Assembly: GCA_964566535.1 (NCBI GenBank)
Contig: CAZMIO010000002.1
Span: 116,905-136,904, forward strand
Origin: an uncultured Methanosarcinales archaeon
GTDB lineage: Archaea > Nanobdellota > Nanobdellia > Woesearchaeales > CAZOXR01
Length of the DNA: 20,000 bases
Direction of reading: 5' to 3'
This document shows positions 1-8,519 of this stretch, in pieces (positions within the stretch are counted from its first letter, which is position 1; every line of letters starts with the position of its first letter). The notes beneath the pieces were generated by a model. It was not told the origin of the DNA and searched no databases. It was given only the letters and a program-made list of their open reading frames with translations. The position numbers and the translations under genes were made by a program.

Positions 1-987
1 CTGAATCACTGTAAAAAGCCTTTATTCTTCTTCCATGATGACCCAGACGGATTGTGCTCATTCCTCTTACTTTACAGATACATAAAAGAAGGAAAGGGCT
101 TCGTTCTAAAAAGCGCCCCTAAATTAGATGAAAAATTTGTAAGACAAGTAGATGAATATGAACCAGACAAAGTATTCATCTTAGACATAGCCATAGTTGA
201 ACAGTCATTCATCGACGCAGTCAAAGTTCCAATAGTATGGATAGACCACCACGGACCTTTCGAAAGAGAAAATATAAAACTATTCAACCCAAGAGTTGCA
301 AATAAAGACGACAACACTCCAGTAACGTACACCTGCTACCAAGTTGCTGAAAAGGACATGTGGATAGCTGCAGTCGGTTGTATTGGCGATTGGTTCATCC
401 CACCATTCTTAAAAAAGTTCAAAGACAAGTACCCAGATTTAATTAGAACAAACTCTAAAAACCAAGGGGACATCCTATTCAACACAGAGTTAGGAAGATT
501 AGTAAAAATATTCTCATTCATCCTAAAAGGTCAAACTAACGATGCCTTAAAATGCGTCAAAATACTAACTAGAATAAAAACCCCTAAAGAAATACTAAAC
601 CAAGAAACTTCCAAAGGGAAATTCATCTTCAAAAAATACGAAAAGATAAACAAAGTGTATGAAGAATTACTTAACAGTGTCCTAAAGGAAGATCCTAAAG
701 ACAAAATCCTTATGTTTACTTACACAGAAGACAAGATGAGCTTCACAGGAGACTTATCAAACGAACTCCTGCACAGATTCCCGGACAAACTAATAATAAT
801 CGCAAGACAAAAAAGCGGAGAAATGCGAATGTCATTAAGATCAAAACACAAACTACTCCCACCAATACTAAAAAAAGCATTGCATGGCTTAGAAGGCCAT
901 GGTGGTGGCCACGAACATGCTTGTGGTGCAAGTGTAAAAAAAGAAGACTTCAAAAAGTTCATAAGCAGACTAAAAAAAGAATTCTAG
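1..987 (+). CDS. DHH/DHHA1 family phosphoesterase (RecJ/NrnA-like), 5' end outside window
   Basis: Frame is open from base 1 (LNHCKKPLFFFHDDPDGLCS...), so the TTG at 52 is not the start. Motifs HDDPDG, ILDIA, WIDHH, IGD and C-terminal SLRS...GGGHEHACG (DHHA1). Confidence 0.9.
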   Translation: MNHCKKPLFFFHDDPDGLCSFLLLYRYIKEGKGFVLKSAPKLDEKFVRQVDEYEPDKVFILDIAIVEQSFIDAVKVPIVWIDHHGPFERENIKLFNPRVANKDDNTPVTYTCYQVAEKDMWIAAVGCIGDWFIPPFLKKFKDKYPDLIRTNSKNQGDILFNTELGRLVKIFSFILKGQTNDALKCVKILTRIKTPKEILNQETSKGKFIFKKYEKINKVYEELLNSVLKEDPKDKILMFTYTEDKMSFTGDLSNELLHRFPDKLIIIARQKSGEMRMSLRSKHKLLPPILKKALHGLEGHGGGHEHACGASVKKEDFKKFISRLKKEF

Positions 988-2207
988 TGAGAGCAGGAAA
1001 AAGTTACATCAACAAGCTCTTCATCGTCAATAAAAGAACTTATTTCATTAACCTTAATCTTACATGACTCATCCACCAAAAATGTATCTCCCTCAAATAC
1101 TCTGTCCATCACGTCCCCATCCAAAACAAACCGAGCAGAATTCTCACCAACCAGATCATCCTCAAAAAACTCATCAACAACGTCAATATCAACATTATAG
1201 TCCTTTCCAATCAAACTAACCTTATTATCATTATATTTATCATTCAATATCTTATTAACCTTATAATCCAAAGAAACCTCTATTAAATTACCTCCCCGCT
1301 CCCCAATTTCATTAATCACAATATCTTCTACTTTCAATACGGTATCATCACTTAAAGTAAATTTCTCCCCTCTAGCAAACGTCCATTCATCTTTGTTATT
1401 AACATTAAGTCTAACTTGAGCATCATTCCCGTTATCTCCAATAATCAAAACCTTAACTTCAAACACCCCTCCACTAATATCATACAACCTCTCCCCTCCT
1501 TCTTCCAAAGTCTCTTTTTTACCATTAATTGTAAATTCAACCATATCAGGAACATTATCTCTCCCCTTGTTCAGAACAATACTGTCAATCCCCAATTCCA
1601 GTCCCTTTTTAGTAAACTTCTCTCCAGCCCTCAAACTCCTTATAAAATCGTCATTAATCTCAAATTTTACAACCGCTTCAGGATTATGCTTGTCTGCAAT
1701 TATCAAATTCTTCACATAATAGTCGTCCCCATCCACAACCAAATTATGAAGTTCTCCTTCTCCAAGAACCTTAGTCCTGTTATCAATTTCATAAACTAAT
1801 TTGTCATTAGCCTTTCCTTTCCTGTTCACAATCAAATCCTTAATAAAAAAATCAGCTCCTTCTTTCTCAAATTTATCACCCACATTAAGCAAAGGAGTAA
1901 TCTCTTGGTTAATATTTAACTTAACTCCAACCGGGTCAACGACTTCATTAATCATCAATACATTTAGTTCGAACCTTTTTCCATTAAACCAATATAGCCC
2001 ACTCTGCCCTTCCTTTAACGTCTCTCTCACAATCTTAGAATTCTTAACCTTCCCTTCACAATCTACAGCACATGTCTCACCTTCACCAACATCACATCTA
2101 TTATCCCCACATACCACAAATTGAAGTGAATTACATCCGACTACCACTAACACCATCACAACTACAGCAAGAAACAGATTATTATGCTCCCAGATTCCAT
2201 TGCCCAT
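984..2207 (-). CDS. Putative surface/lipoprotein with Cys-rich motif and four tandem beta-rich repeats (S-layer-like)
   Basis: 407 aa ORF. Hydrophobic N-terminus ending in VVGC (lipobox-like), then CGDNRCDVGEGETCAVDC, then ~80 aa units ending in LNVGDKF / LRAGEKF / FARGEKF / VFEGDTF. Confidence 0.65.
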   Translation of the reverse strand: MGNGIWEHNNLFLAVVVMVLVVVGCNSLQFVVCGDNRCDVGEGETCAVDCEGKVKNSKIVRETLKEGQSGLYWFNGKRFELNVLMINEVVDPVGVKLNINQEITPLLNVGDKFEKEGADFFIKDLIVNRKGKANDKLVYEIDNRTKVLGEGELHNLVVDGDDYYVKNLIIADKHNPEAVVKFEINDDFIRSLRAGEKFTKKGLELGIDSIVLNKGRDNVPDMVEFTINGKKETLEEGGERLYDISGGVFEVKVLIIGDNGNDAQVRLNVNNKDEWTFARGEKFTLSDDTVLKVEDIVINEIGERGGNLIEVSLDYKVNKILNDKYNDNKVSLIGKDYNVDIDVVDEFFEDDLVGENSARFVLDGDVMDRVFEGDTFLVDESCKIKVNEISSFIDDEELVDVTFSCSH

Positions 2208-2268
2208 ACCTACTACAATTAGCGGGCCATTATATATTACTTGCCATTTTTTAGCAAAAACAGTTAAA

Positions 2269-2276
2269 TTTATAAC
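2269..2276 (+). promoter_or_regulatory. Archaeal TATA box for tRNA-Gly
   Basis: TTTATAAC 25-32 nt upstream of tRNA base 1. Confidence 0.55.
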
Positions 2277-2300
2277 TGATTTCTATTTACTTTTACTTAT

Positions 2301-2372
2301 GCGCTGGTGGTCTAATGGCTATGACAATGGCCTTCCAAGCCATTTATCCGGGTTCAAATCCCGGCCGGCGCA
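2301..2372 (+). tRNA. tRNA-Gly(TCC), intron-less, CCA not encoded
   Basis: Acceptor GCGCTGG/CCGGCGC, anticodon arm ATGGC-CTTCCAA-GCCAT, T arm CCGGG-TTCAAAT-CCCGG, discriminator A. Confidence 0.97.
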
Positions 2373-2483
2373 TTCATATTTCAATATTTCTTACAAGGGT
2401 GCCTTTTTAAAAGTCCAGACCGGCACATTTTTCCCTTTACCTTTTCCATTACTTTTATAAACCAATATTGCCTCCTATTTCCT

Positions 2484-3206
2484 ATGATAAGTATAATAAT
2501 TCCAACATTAAACGAGGAAGAATTATTGCCAAACTTGCTTGAATCAATAGATAAGCAAACCTTCAAAGACTATGAGATAATCATAGCTGATGCTGGATCA
2601 AAAGACAACACAATTAGTATAGCAAAAAAACACAATGCACGTGTAGTCAAAGGAGGGGTTCCAGCAGTAGGTAGAAATAATGGGGCAAAGGCCGCAAAAG
2701 GAGACATCCTTCTTTTCCTAGATTCAGATTCAAGAATACCAACCGATTTTCTAGAAAAAGCAATAAAAGAATTCAAGGGAAGAAATTTGGGTTCTGCTAC
2801 AGTTTCATTAATCCCTATTTCAACAAAATTTAGGGATAAACTAATGTACGATAGCTATAACGCATGGCAAAAGATGGTTCAATATGTTGACCCTCATGCA
2901 GCAGGAATCTGCATTTTCTCAAGAAAAGATATTTTTGATAAAACCAATGGTTTTGATGAAGGTATAACCTTCTGTGAAGACCATGCTTTTGTAAGAAAAA
3001 CAAAAAGACATGGAAAATTCAGAGTGATAAACAATACAAAACTCTATAATTCTGTCAGAAGGCTTGATAGTGAAGGAAGAGCCAATATGGCATTAAAGAT
3101 GATTTATACATCATTCTACAGGACATTCATCGGAGAAATAAAACAGAATAACTTCACATGGATACCTGGTTCTACTTCAGAAGATAAATCTAAACCTTCA
3201 AACTAA
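2484..3206 (+). CDS. Glycosyltransferase family 2 (GT-A fold)
   Basis: ISIIIPTLNEE, IIADAGSKDNT, GRNNGA, LFLDSD (DxD), GFDE..CED motifs. Confidence 0.93.
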   Translation: MISIIIPTLNEEELLPNLLESIDKQTFKDYEIIIADAGSKDNTISIAKKHNARVVKGGVPAVGRNNGAKAAKGDILLFLDSDSRIPTDFLEKAIKEFKGRNLGSATVSLIPISTKFRDKLMYDSYNAWQKMVQYVDPHAAGICIFSRKDIFDKTNGFDEGITFCEDHAFVRKTKRHGKFRVINNTKLYNSVRRLDSEGRANMALKMIYTSFYRTFIGEIKQNNFTWIPGSTSEDKSKPSN

Positions 3207-6200
3207 CAACCTGACTGATATTATGCTCATTCATACTTACACCATACAAATTCTCAGCCTGAGAAATAACTCCATCATTATGTGAAATTACTATATACTG
3301 AGCTTTCTCAGCATACTGTCCAACCAATTTAGCAAATCTTTCTGAATTATGCTTATCCAATGCGGCATCAACCTCATCGAGTATATAGAATGAAGCTGGT
3401 TCATGTTCCTGTATCGCAAAAATAAAAGCAAGCGCAGTCATTGTCTTCTCTCCGCCAGACAAAGACCTCATATCCATAAATTTGTTTCCAGTAATCTTTA
3501 CCTTAACACTCAACCCACCATCAAAAGGGTTATCAGGAGTTTCAAGCTCTAGATGCGCACTTCCTTTTGTGGATAAAGTCTCAAATATCTTTCCAAAATT
3601 CCCATTTACCACATCAAAATGTTTCATAAATAAACTTGTTTTCTTATCCTCAATCTCATCCATCATTCCAGTTACATCATCTTTCTCGCTTACTAGCGTA
3701 TCTTTCCTCTCAACCAAACTATTAAACTCTTTCTCAACGTCCTCATAAATCTCTAAAGCCCTCATATTAACTGAGCCAATATCATTCTTAAGCTTCTCAA
3801 ACTTACTTACCTCTCCCTTAAGCTGTTCCTCTGTCTTTTCAGTATCGATTTTAACTCCCTCATATTGTTCAAATTCCTGATTCAATCCAGCTAATATAGC
3901 ACTCAACTCTGCATGCTTGATAGACAAAGTATTATTTCTAATCTCAATCTCCCTACTAACACCTAACTTTTCATTTATAACAGTTTCATTCTTTTGTATC
4001 TCATCACCAATCTCGCCCCTCTTTCCAAATAAACCCTTAAACTTAAGATAAAATTCCTTAACCATTTCTTCTTTACCAGCCAAACTAGTCTGTTGTTCTT
4101 CGGCAGATTTAACCAGTCCCGCCAATTCCTCCTTGAACTGTACTGCTTCCTTATCAATCAACTTTAATATCTCATTTGTCTTCTCTTTCTCAGGATTATA
4201 GATAGTATCAATCTGATTATCAATATTCTTAAGCTCAGAATCAACCTTAATTACCTCTTCATTTATCAGATTCAGCTTCTCATTATAAGTATTCAACTCA
4301 GCAACTAAAGTAGGACTCCTCAGTTGATTAATAACCACCTTAAGCTTCTCCCTCTCAACCTTAACCGCAGCCAATTCTTTATTTTTCTCACTTATCTTAT
4401 CTTGTTCTTCATTTATCTGTCCTTCTAACTTAGTCTCCTTATCCTTCAATTCATCTTTCTGTTTAATAGAAATATTAACATCTCCTGCCTCAAGATGTAA
4501 ACTCTTCTCAGTCTTGATAATCTCCCCTTCTAAATTCGCCTTTTGTGCCCTAAGCTCTACAATCTTATCTTCGTTCTCTTTCCTTGTTTTCTCAAGTGTA
4601 CTAATCACCCCCTCTTGCTCACCAACAATACCATCGTACTCATTAATATTATTCGTAACCTCTTTCTGATTAAAACCCATTCCCTGTTTCCGTTTACCCC
4701 TAAATCCACCTTGCATCACTCCACTAAATTCAGTAACATCCCCATCAACAGTAACCATCTTTGCTTTCCCAATCCCCAACCTTCTAGCAACATCAATATT
4801 ATCCACAATCAGCGTATTTGCAAAAACATGAGAAAAAATCTTTTTGAATTTAGAATCATACTCAATCAAATCAGTAGCCAAACCATGACACCCTTTCGAA
4901 TCAGAAAGACCCTTCACCTCAGAAAACGTCTCCTTCGCCTTAATCTTATTTATAGGTAAAAAAGTAGCCGTTCCAAGCTTATTTTGTTTTAGATATTTAA
5001 TGCAACTCGAAGCAACCTTATCATCCTCAACCACTATACTCCTTATCCTAGGACCAGCAGCAACCTCTAAAGCAAGAGCATATTTAGAATTTACATCTCC
5101 AAGCTCAGAAACAGTTCCATGAATTCCAGCCATCTCTCCCTTCCTAGCAAGAATTTTCTGGACAGCAACATTGCCAGAAGCCATCTCCCTAATACTAATC
5201 TGTCTAGCACTTAATTTTGCAAGCTCTTCCGAAGCATTTTGTAATTTACCCCTCGCACTACCAAGCTGCACAGCTAACGAAGAATCCTCATTTAATCTCT
5301 TGTTCAACTCTAATGTAGAACTCTTAAACTCTTCCCTCTTCTTCTTAAGTCCATCTAATTCATCCTTATACTCCTCTTCAATCTGGGAAACCTTATTTAT
5401 CTTCTCATCAATTGTATTTATCTGATGTAATATCCCATCTTTCTCCCTTATCAGATTATGTTGATTTTCCCTTAAACTATGAATCTCTTTTTGAAGTTCC
5501 TCACCTTGTTTATCTAACTCCTCAGTCTTCTTCTCAATTTCACCAATATTATCTAACTTATTCTTTTCTTTAAACTGCTTAACCTTCCCCTCAATAATTC
5601 CCTTCTCATTCAACTGCTCTGTCTTCTGTGAGCCAATCTCTTCTTTCTTCTTGCCTAATTCATTTAATTTCTCATCAATTTCTTCAACTGCCTTCCCAAT
5701 ATCCTTCTTCCGTTGGTCTATCTTAATAAGCTCATTCTTAAGAGTCTCAATCCTAGAATTCTTCTTAGTAATCTCAATCTTTAGATCTTCAACTTCTTTA
5801 TTGAGTTTAACCTGCTCTACTTCCCCTTTCTCTTCTATCTCTTTAGTTATTTCTTCTATCTTATTCCGTTTCTCTTCATTCCCCTTCTTAAACTCATTAA
5901 TCTTTCCATTTATCTCCCCTAACTCATTATTTCCTTGATCAAGTTTTTCCTTAAATCCTTTTCTATCAACTTCTTTTTTATCTATCTGTAATTTTAACAA
6001 AGATGCCTTATTAATATTAATTTGGTCCCCCATATCCTTAAACTTCAATGCCTGGTCCCTATCCTTCTTAAGCTCCCTCAAGTAAGTATTTTTCTCAGTC
6101 AGTACAATCTCAGCTTCTTTCAGCTTCCCATCAACCCTCTCAAGTTCCCTCACTGCTTTTTGTTTCTTCTCCTCATAGACTGATATTCCAGAAATCTCTT

Positions 6201-6687
6201 CAATAAGGCCCCTCCTATCCTCTGGCCTCATCTCAACAAATCTTACAATATCTCCCTGCAATATAATATTATACCCGTCTGGGTCTATCTTAGCAACTGA
6301 AAGTAAGTCAATAATCTGTTGTCTTGTTCTTACCTTGTCATTTATCTTATAGATACTCTGACCATTCTGCCTTACAACACGAGTCAACTTTACTTCAGAA
6401 TCTTCAGTTGGAAACCTTTTGTTAGAATTATCAAAATAGATGCTAACTTCTCCTTGCTTTGACTGCTTTTTATTTTTACCACCATTATAGATCAGATTAG
6501 CTGATTTCTCAGCCCTCATAGACTTAGCAGAACTCTTACCCAAAACAAAGCATAAAGCATCTAAAACATTACTCTTACCAGAACCATTAGGACCAAGTAC
6601 GCAATTATAATTAGTATTGAACAAGATTTCAGTATGTTTGGCAAAACTCTTAAAGCCATTCATCACCATCTTATTGATTCTTGTCAT
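3190..6687 (-). CDS. smc: Chromosome segregation protein SMC
   Basis: GFKSF, Walker A GPNGSGKSN, Q-loop IILQGD, hinge (GTVSELG, GTATFLP, VTVDGD...GVMQGG), signature LSGGEK, Walker B LDEVDAALD, ISH, long coiled coils. The ATG at 6687 (MTRINKM...) is preferred over the TTG at 6705. Confidence 0.98.
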   Translation of the reverse strand: MTRINKMVMNGFKSFAKHTEILFNTNYNCVLGPNGSGKSNVLDALCFVLGKSSAKSMRAEKSANLIYNGGKNKKQSKQGEVSIYFDNSNKRFPTEDSEVKLTRVVRQNGQSIYKINDKVRTRQQIIDLLSVAKIDPDGYNIILQGDIVRFVEMRPEDRRGLIEEISGISVYEEKKQKAVRELERVDGKLKEAEIVLTEKNTYLRELKKDRDQALKFKDMGDQININKASLLKLQIDKKEVDRKGFKEKLDQGNNELGEINGKINEFKKGNEEKRNKIEEITKEIEEKGEVEQVKLNKEVEDLKIEITKKNSRIETLKNELIKIDQRKKDIGKAVEEIDEKLNELGKKKEEIGSQKTEQLNEKGIIEGKVKQFKEKNKLDNIGEIEKKTEELDKQGEELQKEIHSLRENQHNLIREKDGILHQINTIDEKINKVSQIEEEYKDELDGLKKKREEFKSSTLELNKRLNEDSSLAVQLGSARGKLQNASEELAKLSARQISIREMASGNVAVQKILARKGEMAGIHGTVSELGDVNSKYALALEVAAGPRIRSIVVEDDKVASSCIKYLKQNKLGTATFLPINKIKAKETFSEVKGLSDSKGCHGLATDLIEYDSKFKKIFSHVFANTLIVDNIDVARRLGIGKAKMVTVDGDVTEFSGVMQGGFRGKRKQGMGFNQKEVTNNINEYDGIVGEQEGVISTLEKTRKENEDKIVELRAQKANLEGEIIKTEKSLHLEAGDVNISIKQKDELKDKETKLEGQINEEQDKISEKNKELAAVKVEREKLKVVINQLRSPTLVAELNTYNEKLNLINEEVIKVDSELKNIDNQIDTIYNPEKEKTNEILKLIDKEAVQFKEELAGLVKSAEEQQTSLAGKEEMVKEFYLKFKGLFGKRGEIGDEIQKNETVINEKLGVSREIEIRNNTLSIKHAELSAILAGLNQEFEQYEGVKIDTEKTEEQLKGEVSKFEKLKNDIGSVNMRALEIYEDVEKEFNSLVERKDTLVSEKDDVTGMMDEIEDKKTSLFMKHFDVVNGNFGKIFETLSTKGSAHLELETPDNPFDGGLSVKVKITGNKFMDMRSLSGGEKTMTALAFIFAIQEHEPASFYILDEVDAALDKHNSERFAKLVGQYAEKAQYIVISHNDGVISQAENLYGVSMNEHNISQVVSLKV

Positions 6688-6736
6688 ATTTTTAAACCTA
6701 AACAATGAAATTTATAAGTTTTTTGTTCAATTTCCC

Positions 6737-7609
6737 TCATTTCTTGCCCAGAATACTCTCAATTACTTTTTTATCCTTTTCTTTCCCCTGAACCAATAAC
6801 TTCCCACTTTTATACAAAGTTATCGTACAAGCCCCTTTTAACCTAACAGATTCATAAGGGGTCTTCACAGGTATAGATTCATATCCCAAATGCTCCAATT
6901 TCTTAAGTTTATCAAGCAGGCCTTTGTCTTTATTCTCAACTTTCTCAATAGACTTTGAAAATGAACCTAATTTCATCTGATTCTTCCTATCTGCCATCTT
7001 TCTGTAAGGCATCCAACTCTTCCTAAACAACTCCTTGTGAACTTCAAAGTTCTTCTCCAAAAAGTCAGCAGTCTTAGGATCAGACATATATCCAGAACCA
7101 AAATCCTTCTTAATCTTCTTCTTAATCTTCTCAATCTCATTATCCCTAGTTACTTTAGCAAGAATAGAAGCAGCACTTACAGATGGATAGTTTAAGTCTG
7201 CCTTATGCTCCAATACTAGTTCAACCCCCTTAACATTAATATATTTTAACAAATAAGCCTTAAAAGCAGGAATATTATTACTCGGAGCATCAATTATTGC
7301 CTTATCTGGTTTAAGAAAATTAATTATCTCAGCAATTTTCCTTCCTTCCAACCAATTCAAGTTCAAACCATCGTGGCCCTCCACAGCATTATCAACTTCT
7401 TTAGGCCCCACAGAAATAATTTTATACTTTTTAGCTACCTTGACTATTTCCTTATACAAACTTTCCCTTCTGTCTTTTGTCAATAATTTAGAATCCTTCA
7501 CACCAAGTTTTTTCATATCTGCTTCATCTTCTACTAAAACTCCAGCCATAACTAAAGGACCCAAAAGTGGTCCACGACCTGCCTCATCAATACCGCACAT
7601 TGTTACCAT
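6737..7609 (-). CDS. rnhB: Ribonuclease HII with C-terminal extension (RNase HIII-type TBP-like domain suspected)
   Basis: GIDEAGRGP, GVKDSK, IIDA, EHKAD..YPSVSAASILAKVTRD, GSGY.SDP.T, RKSW. GGTG SD-like site upstream. About 80 extra residues containing TITLYKSGKLLVQG. Confidence 0.95.
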   Translation of the reverse strand: MVTMCGIDEAGRGPLLGPLVMAGVLVEDEADMKKLGVKDSKLLTKDRRESLYKEIVKVAKKYKIISVGPKEVDNAVEGHDGLNLNWLEGRKIAEIINFLKPDKAIIDAPSNNIPAFKAYLLKYINVKGVELVLEHKADLNYPSVSAASILAKVTRDNEIEKIKKKIKKDFGSGYMSDPKTADFLEKNFEVHKELFRKSWMPYRKMADRKNQMKLGSFSKSIEKVENKDKGLLDKLKKLEHLGYESIPVKTPYESVRLKGACTITLYKSGKLLVQGKEKDKKVIESILGKK

Positions 7610-7642
7610 CTAAACACCAACGTTCATTACAAAACTTATATT

Positions 7643-7793
7643 ATGTCAAAAACCACCATGCTAAAACATGGTGGCATGTTTCACATGCCACTAACATGTT
7701 AGATGGTTTTTGAGCATACTCAGAATACCACCTATGTAAGTCGTGATTTACGTAGTAAATCACCTTTCTTTAATAACAGTGGTATTCTGATAT
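7643..7793. repeat. Structured intergenic repeat, copy 1 (MITE/REP-like element or ncRNA)
   Basis: Homologous to 12999-13150: 47 of the first 54 nt identical, and the central TGGTTTTTGAGCATRCTCAGAATACCA matches at 26/27. Stems: TCAAAAACCA/TGGTTTTTGA, CCACCATG/CATGGTGG, GTGGCATG/CATGCCAC, TCAGAATACCAC/GTGGTATTCTGA, GTGATTTAC/GTAAATCAC. Confidence 0.9.
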
Positions 7794-7846
7794 ATAAATA
7801 TTGCCAAACAAAAAATATTTAAAGTTAATACATAATAAAAAACTCC

Positions 7847-8161
7847 ATGGAACCAATCCAAGTAATAGGAATAAACGTATTAGATGATAAAGAGCAGGAA
7901 GCTGCAAATACCCTAATAAATGGATACTATGAGAAAATTGCAAGAGAACTTAAGAACGTAACTTCCGTATCAGTCCATCTAAAAGCTCATTCAAAAGGCG
8001 GCAAAAAGAAATACGACATCAGGATTAAAGCATTAGCTCCAACAAGAGTCTTTGAATCACAAGAAAGCGACTGGGACTTAGCAAGAACCCTACATAAAGT
8101 TTTCAAGAACGTTGAAAGACAGATTCAGCATAAATTACACACTGATGAACAAAAGCTTTGA
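7847..8161 (+). CDS. Small protein, probable HPF/RaiA-like ribosome hibernation factor fold
   Basis: 104 aa. The pattern (short strand, helix ...YYEKIAR, VSVHLK, KYDIRIK, FESQESDWDLARTLHKVFKNVERQI) fits the beta-alpha-beta-beta-beta-alpha HPF layout. TTTAAA lies ~25 nt upstream. Family call is by eye. Confidence 0.6.
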   Translation: MEPIQVIGINVLDDKEQEAANTLINGYYEKIARELKNVTSVSVHLKAHSKGGKKKYDIRIKALAPTRVFESQESDWDLARTLHKVFKNVERQIQHKLHTDEQKL

Positions 8162-8184
8162 TTAGAATTCTAAAAAAGAAAAAA

Positions 8185-8301
8185 TAGCGGAGAGTGGATT
8201 TGAACCACTGACCTTTACCCTTAGCATACGCCAATATGGGTGTCTAAGGCTCTAACAAACCGTATGAGCCCATCGGGCACTCCTGACTGCCCTACTCCGC
8301 T
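8185..8301 (-). tRNA. Initiator tRNA-Met(CAT) with two 21-nt introns (37/38 and 43/44)
   Basis: Minus strand reads AGCGGAG TA GGGC AGTCAGGAGT GCCC G ATGGG CTCATA [intron 8262-8242] A CCCAT [intron 8235-8215] AGGTC AGTGG TTCAAAT CCACT CTCCGCT A. The A1-U72 pair and GGG/CCC anticodon stem are initiator hallmarks. The spliced product is 75 nt. Confidence 0.93.
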
Positions 8302-8325
8302 ATACCTTAAGAGAACTTTATTTCA

Positions 8326-8333
8326 TTTATAAA
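8326..8333 (-). promoter_or_regulatory. Archaeal TATA box for tRNA-iMet
   Basis: TTTATAAA 25-32 nt upstream of the tRNA, preceded on the minus strand by purine-rich AAAAGG (BRE-like). Confidence 0.6.
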
Positions 8334-8519
8334 CCTTTTGTCACCCTTATTAAACTACTTAGTCAGCAATAACTTTATTTTAAATCTCACAGTTTAAATC
8401 ATTTAGACATGCTTCAACTATTAAATTATGATTTCTTACTACAACCCACTGGACATGGACCCTCGGAAGATATATAAATCATTTAAATAGTCTCAACAGA
8501 GAGGGAATGGTGATTTAAA

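Noticed and set aside
2200..2460. 86-aa ORF (and 2072-2254, 2381-2566)
   Set aside because: These run across tRNA-Gly or lie antisense to better ORFs, with non-ATG starts or no motifs.
6688..6705. TTG start for SMC (MFRFKN extension)
   Set aside because: The ATG at 6687 gives the usual SMC N-terminal spacing to GFKSF and sits ~25-30 nt from a TATA-like sequence.
8162..8184. TTAGAATTCTAA palindrome and A-run between the HPF-like gene and tRNA-iMet
   Set aside because: A short AT-rich palindrome is expected by chance. The A-run is just the oligo-T terminator region of the tRNA on the minus strand.
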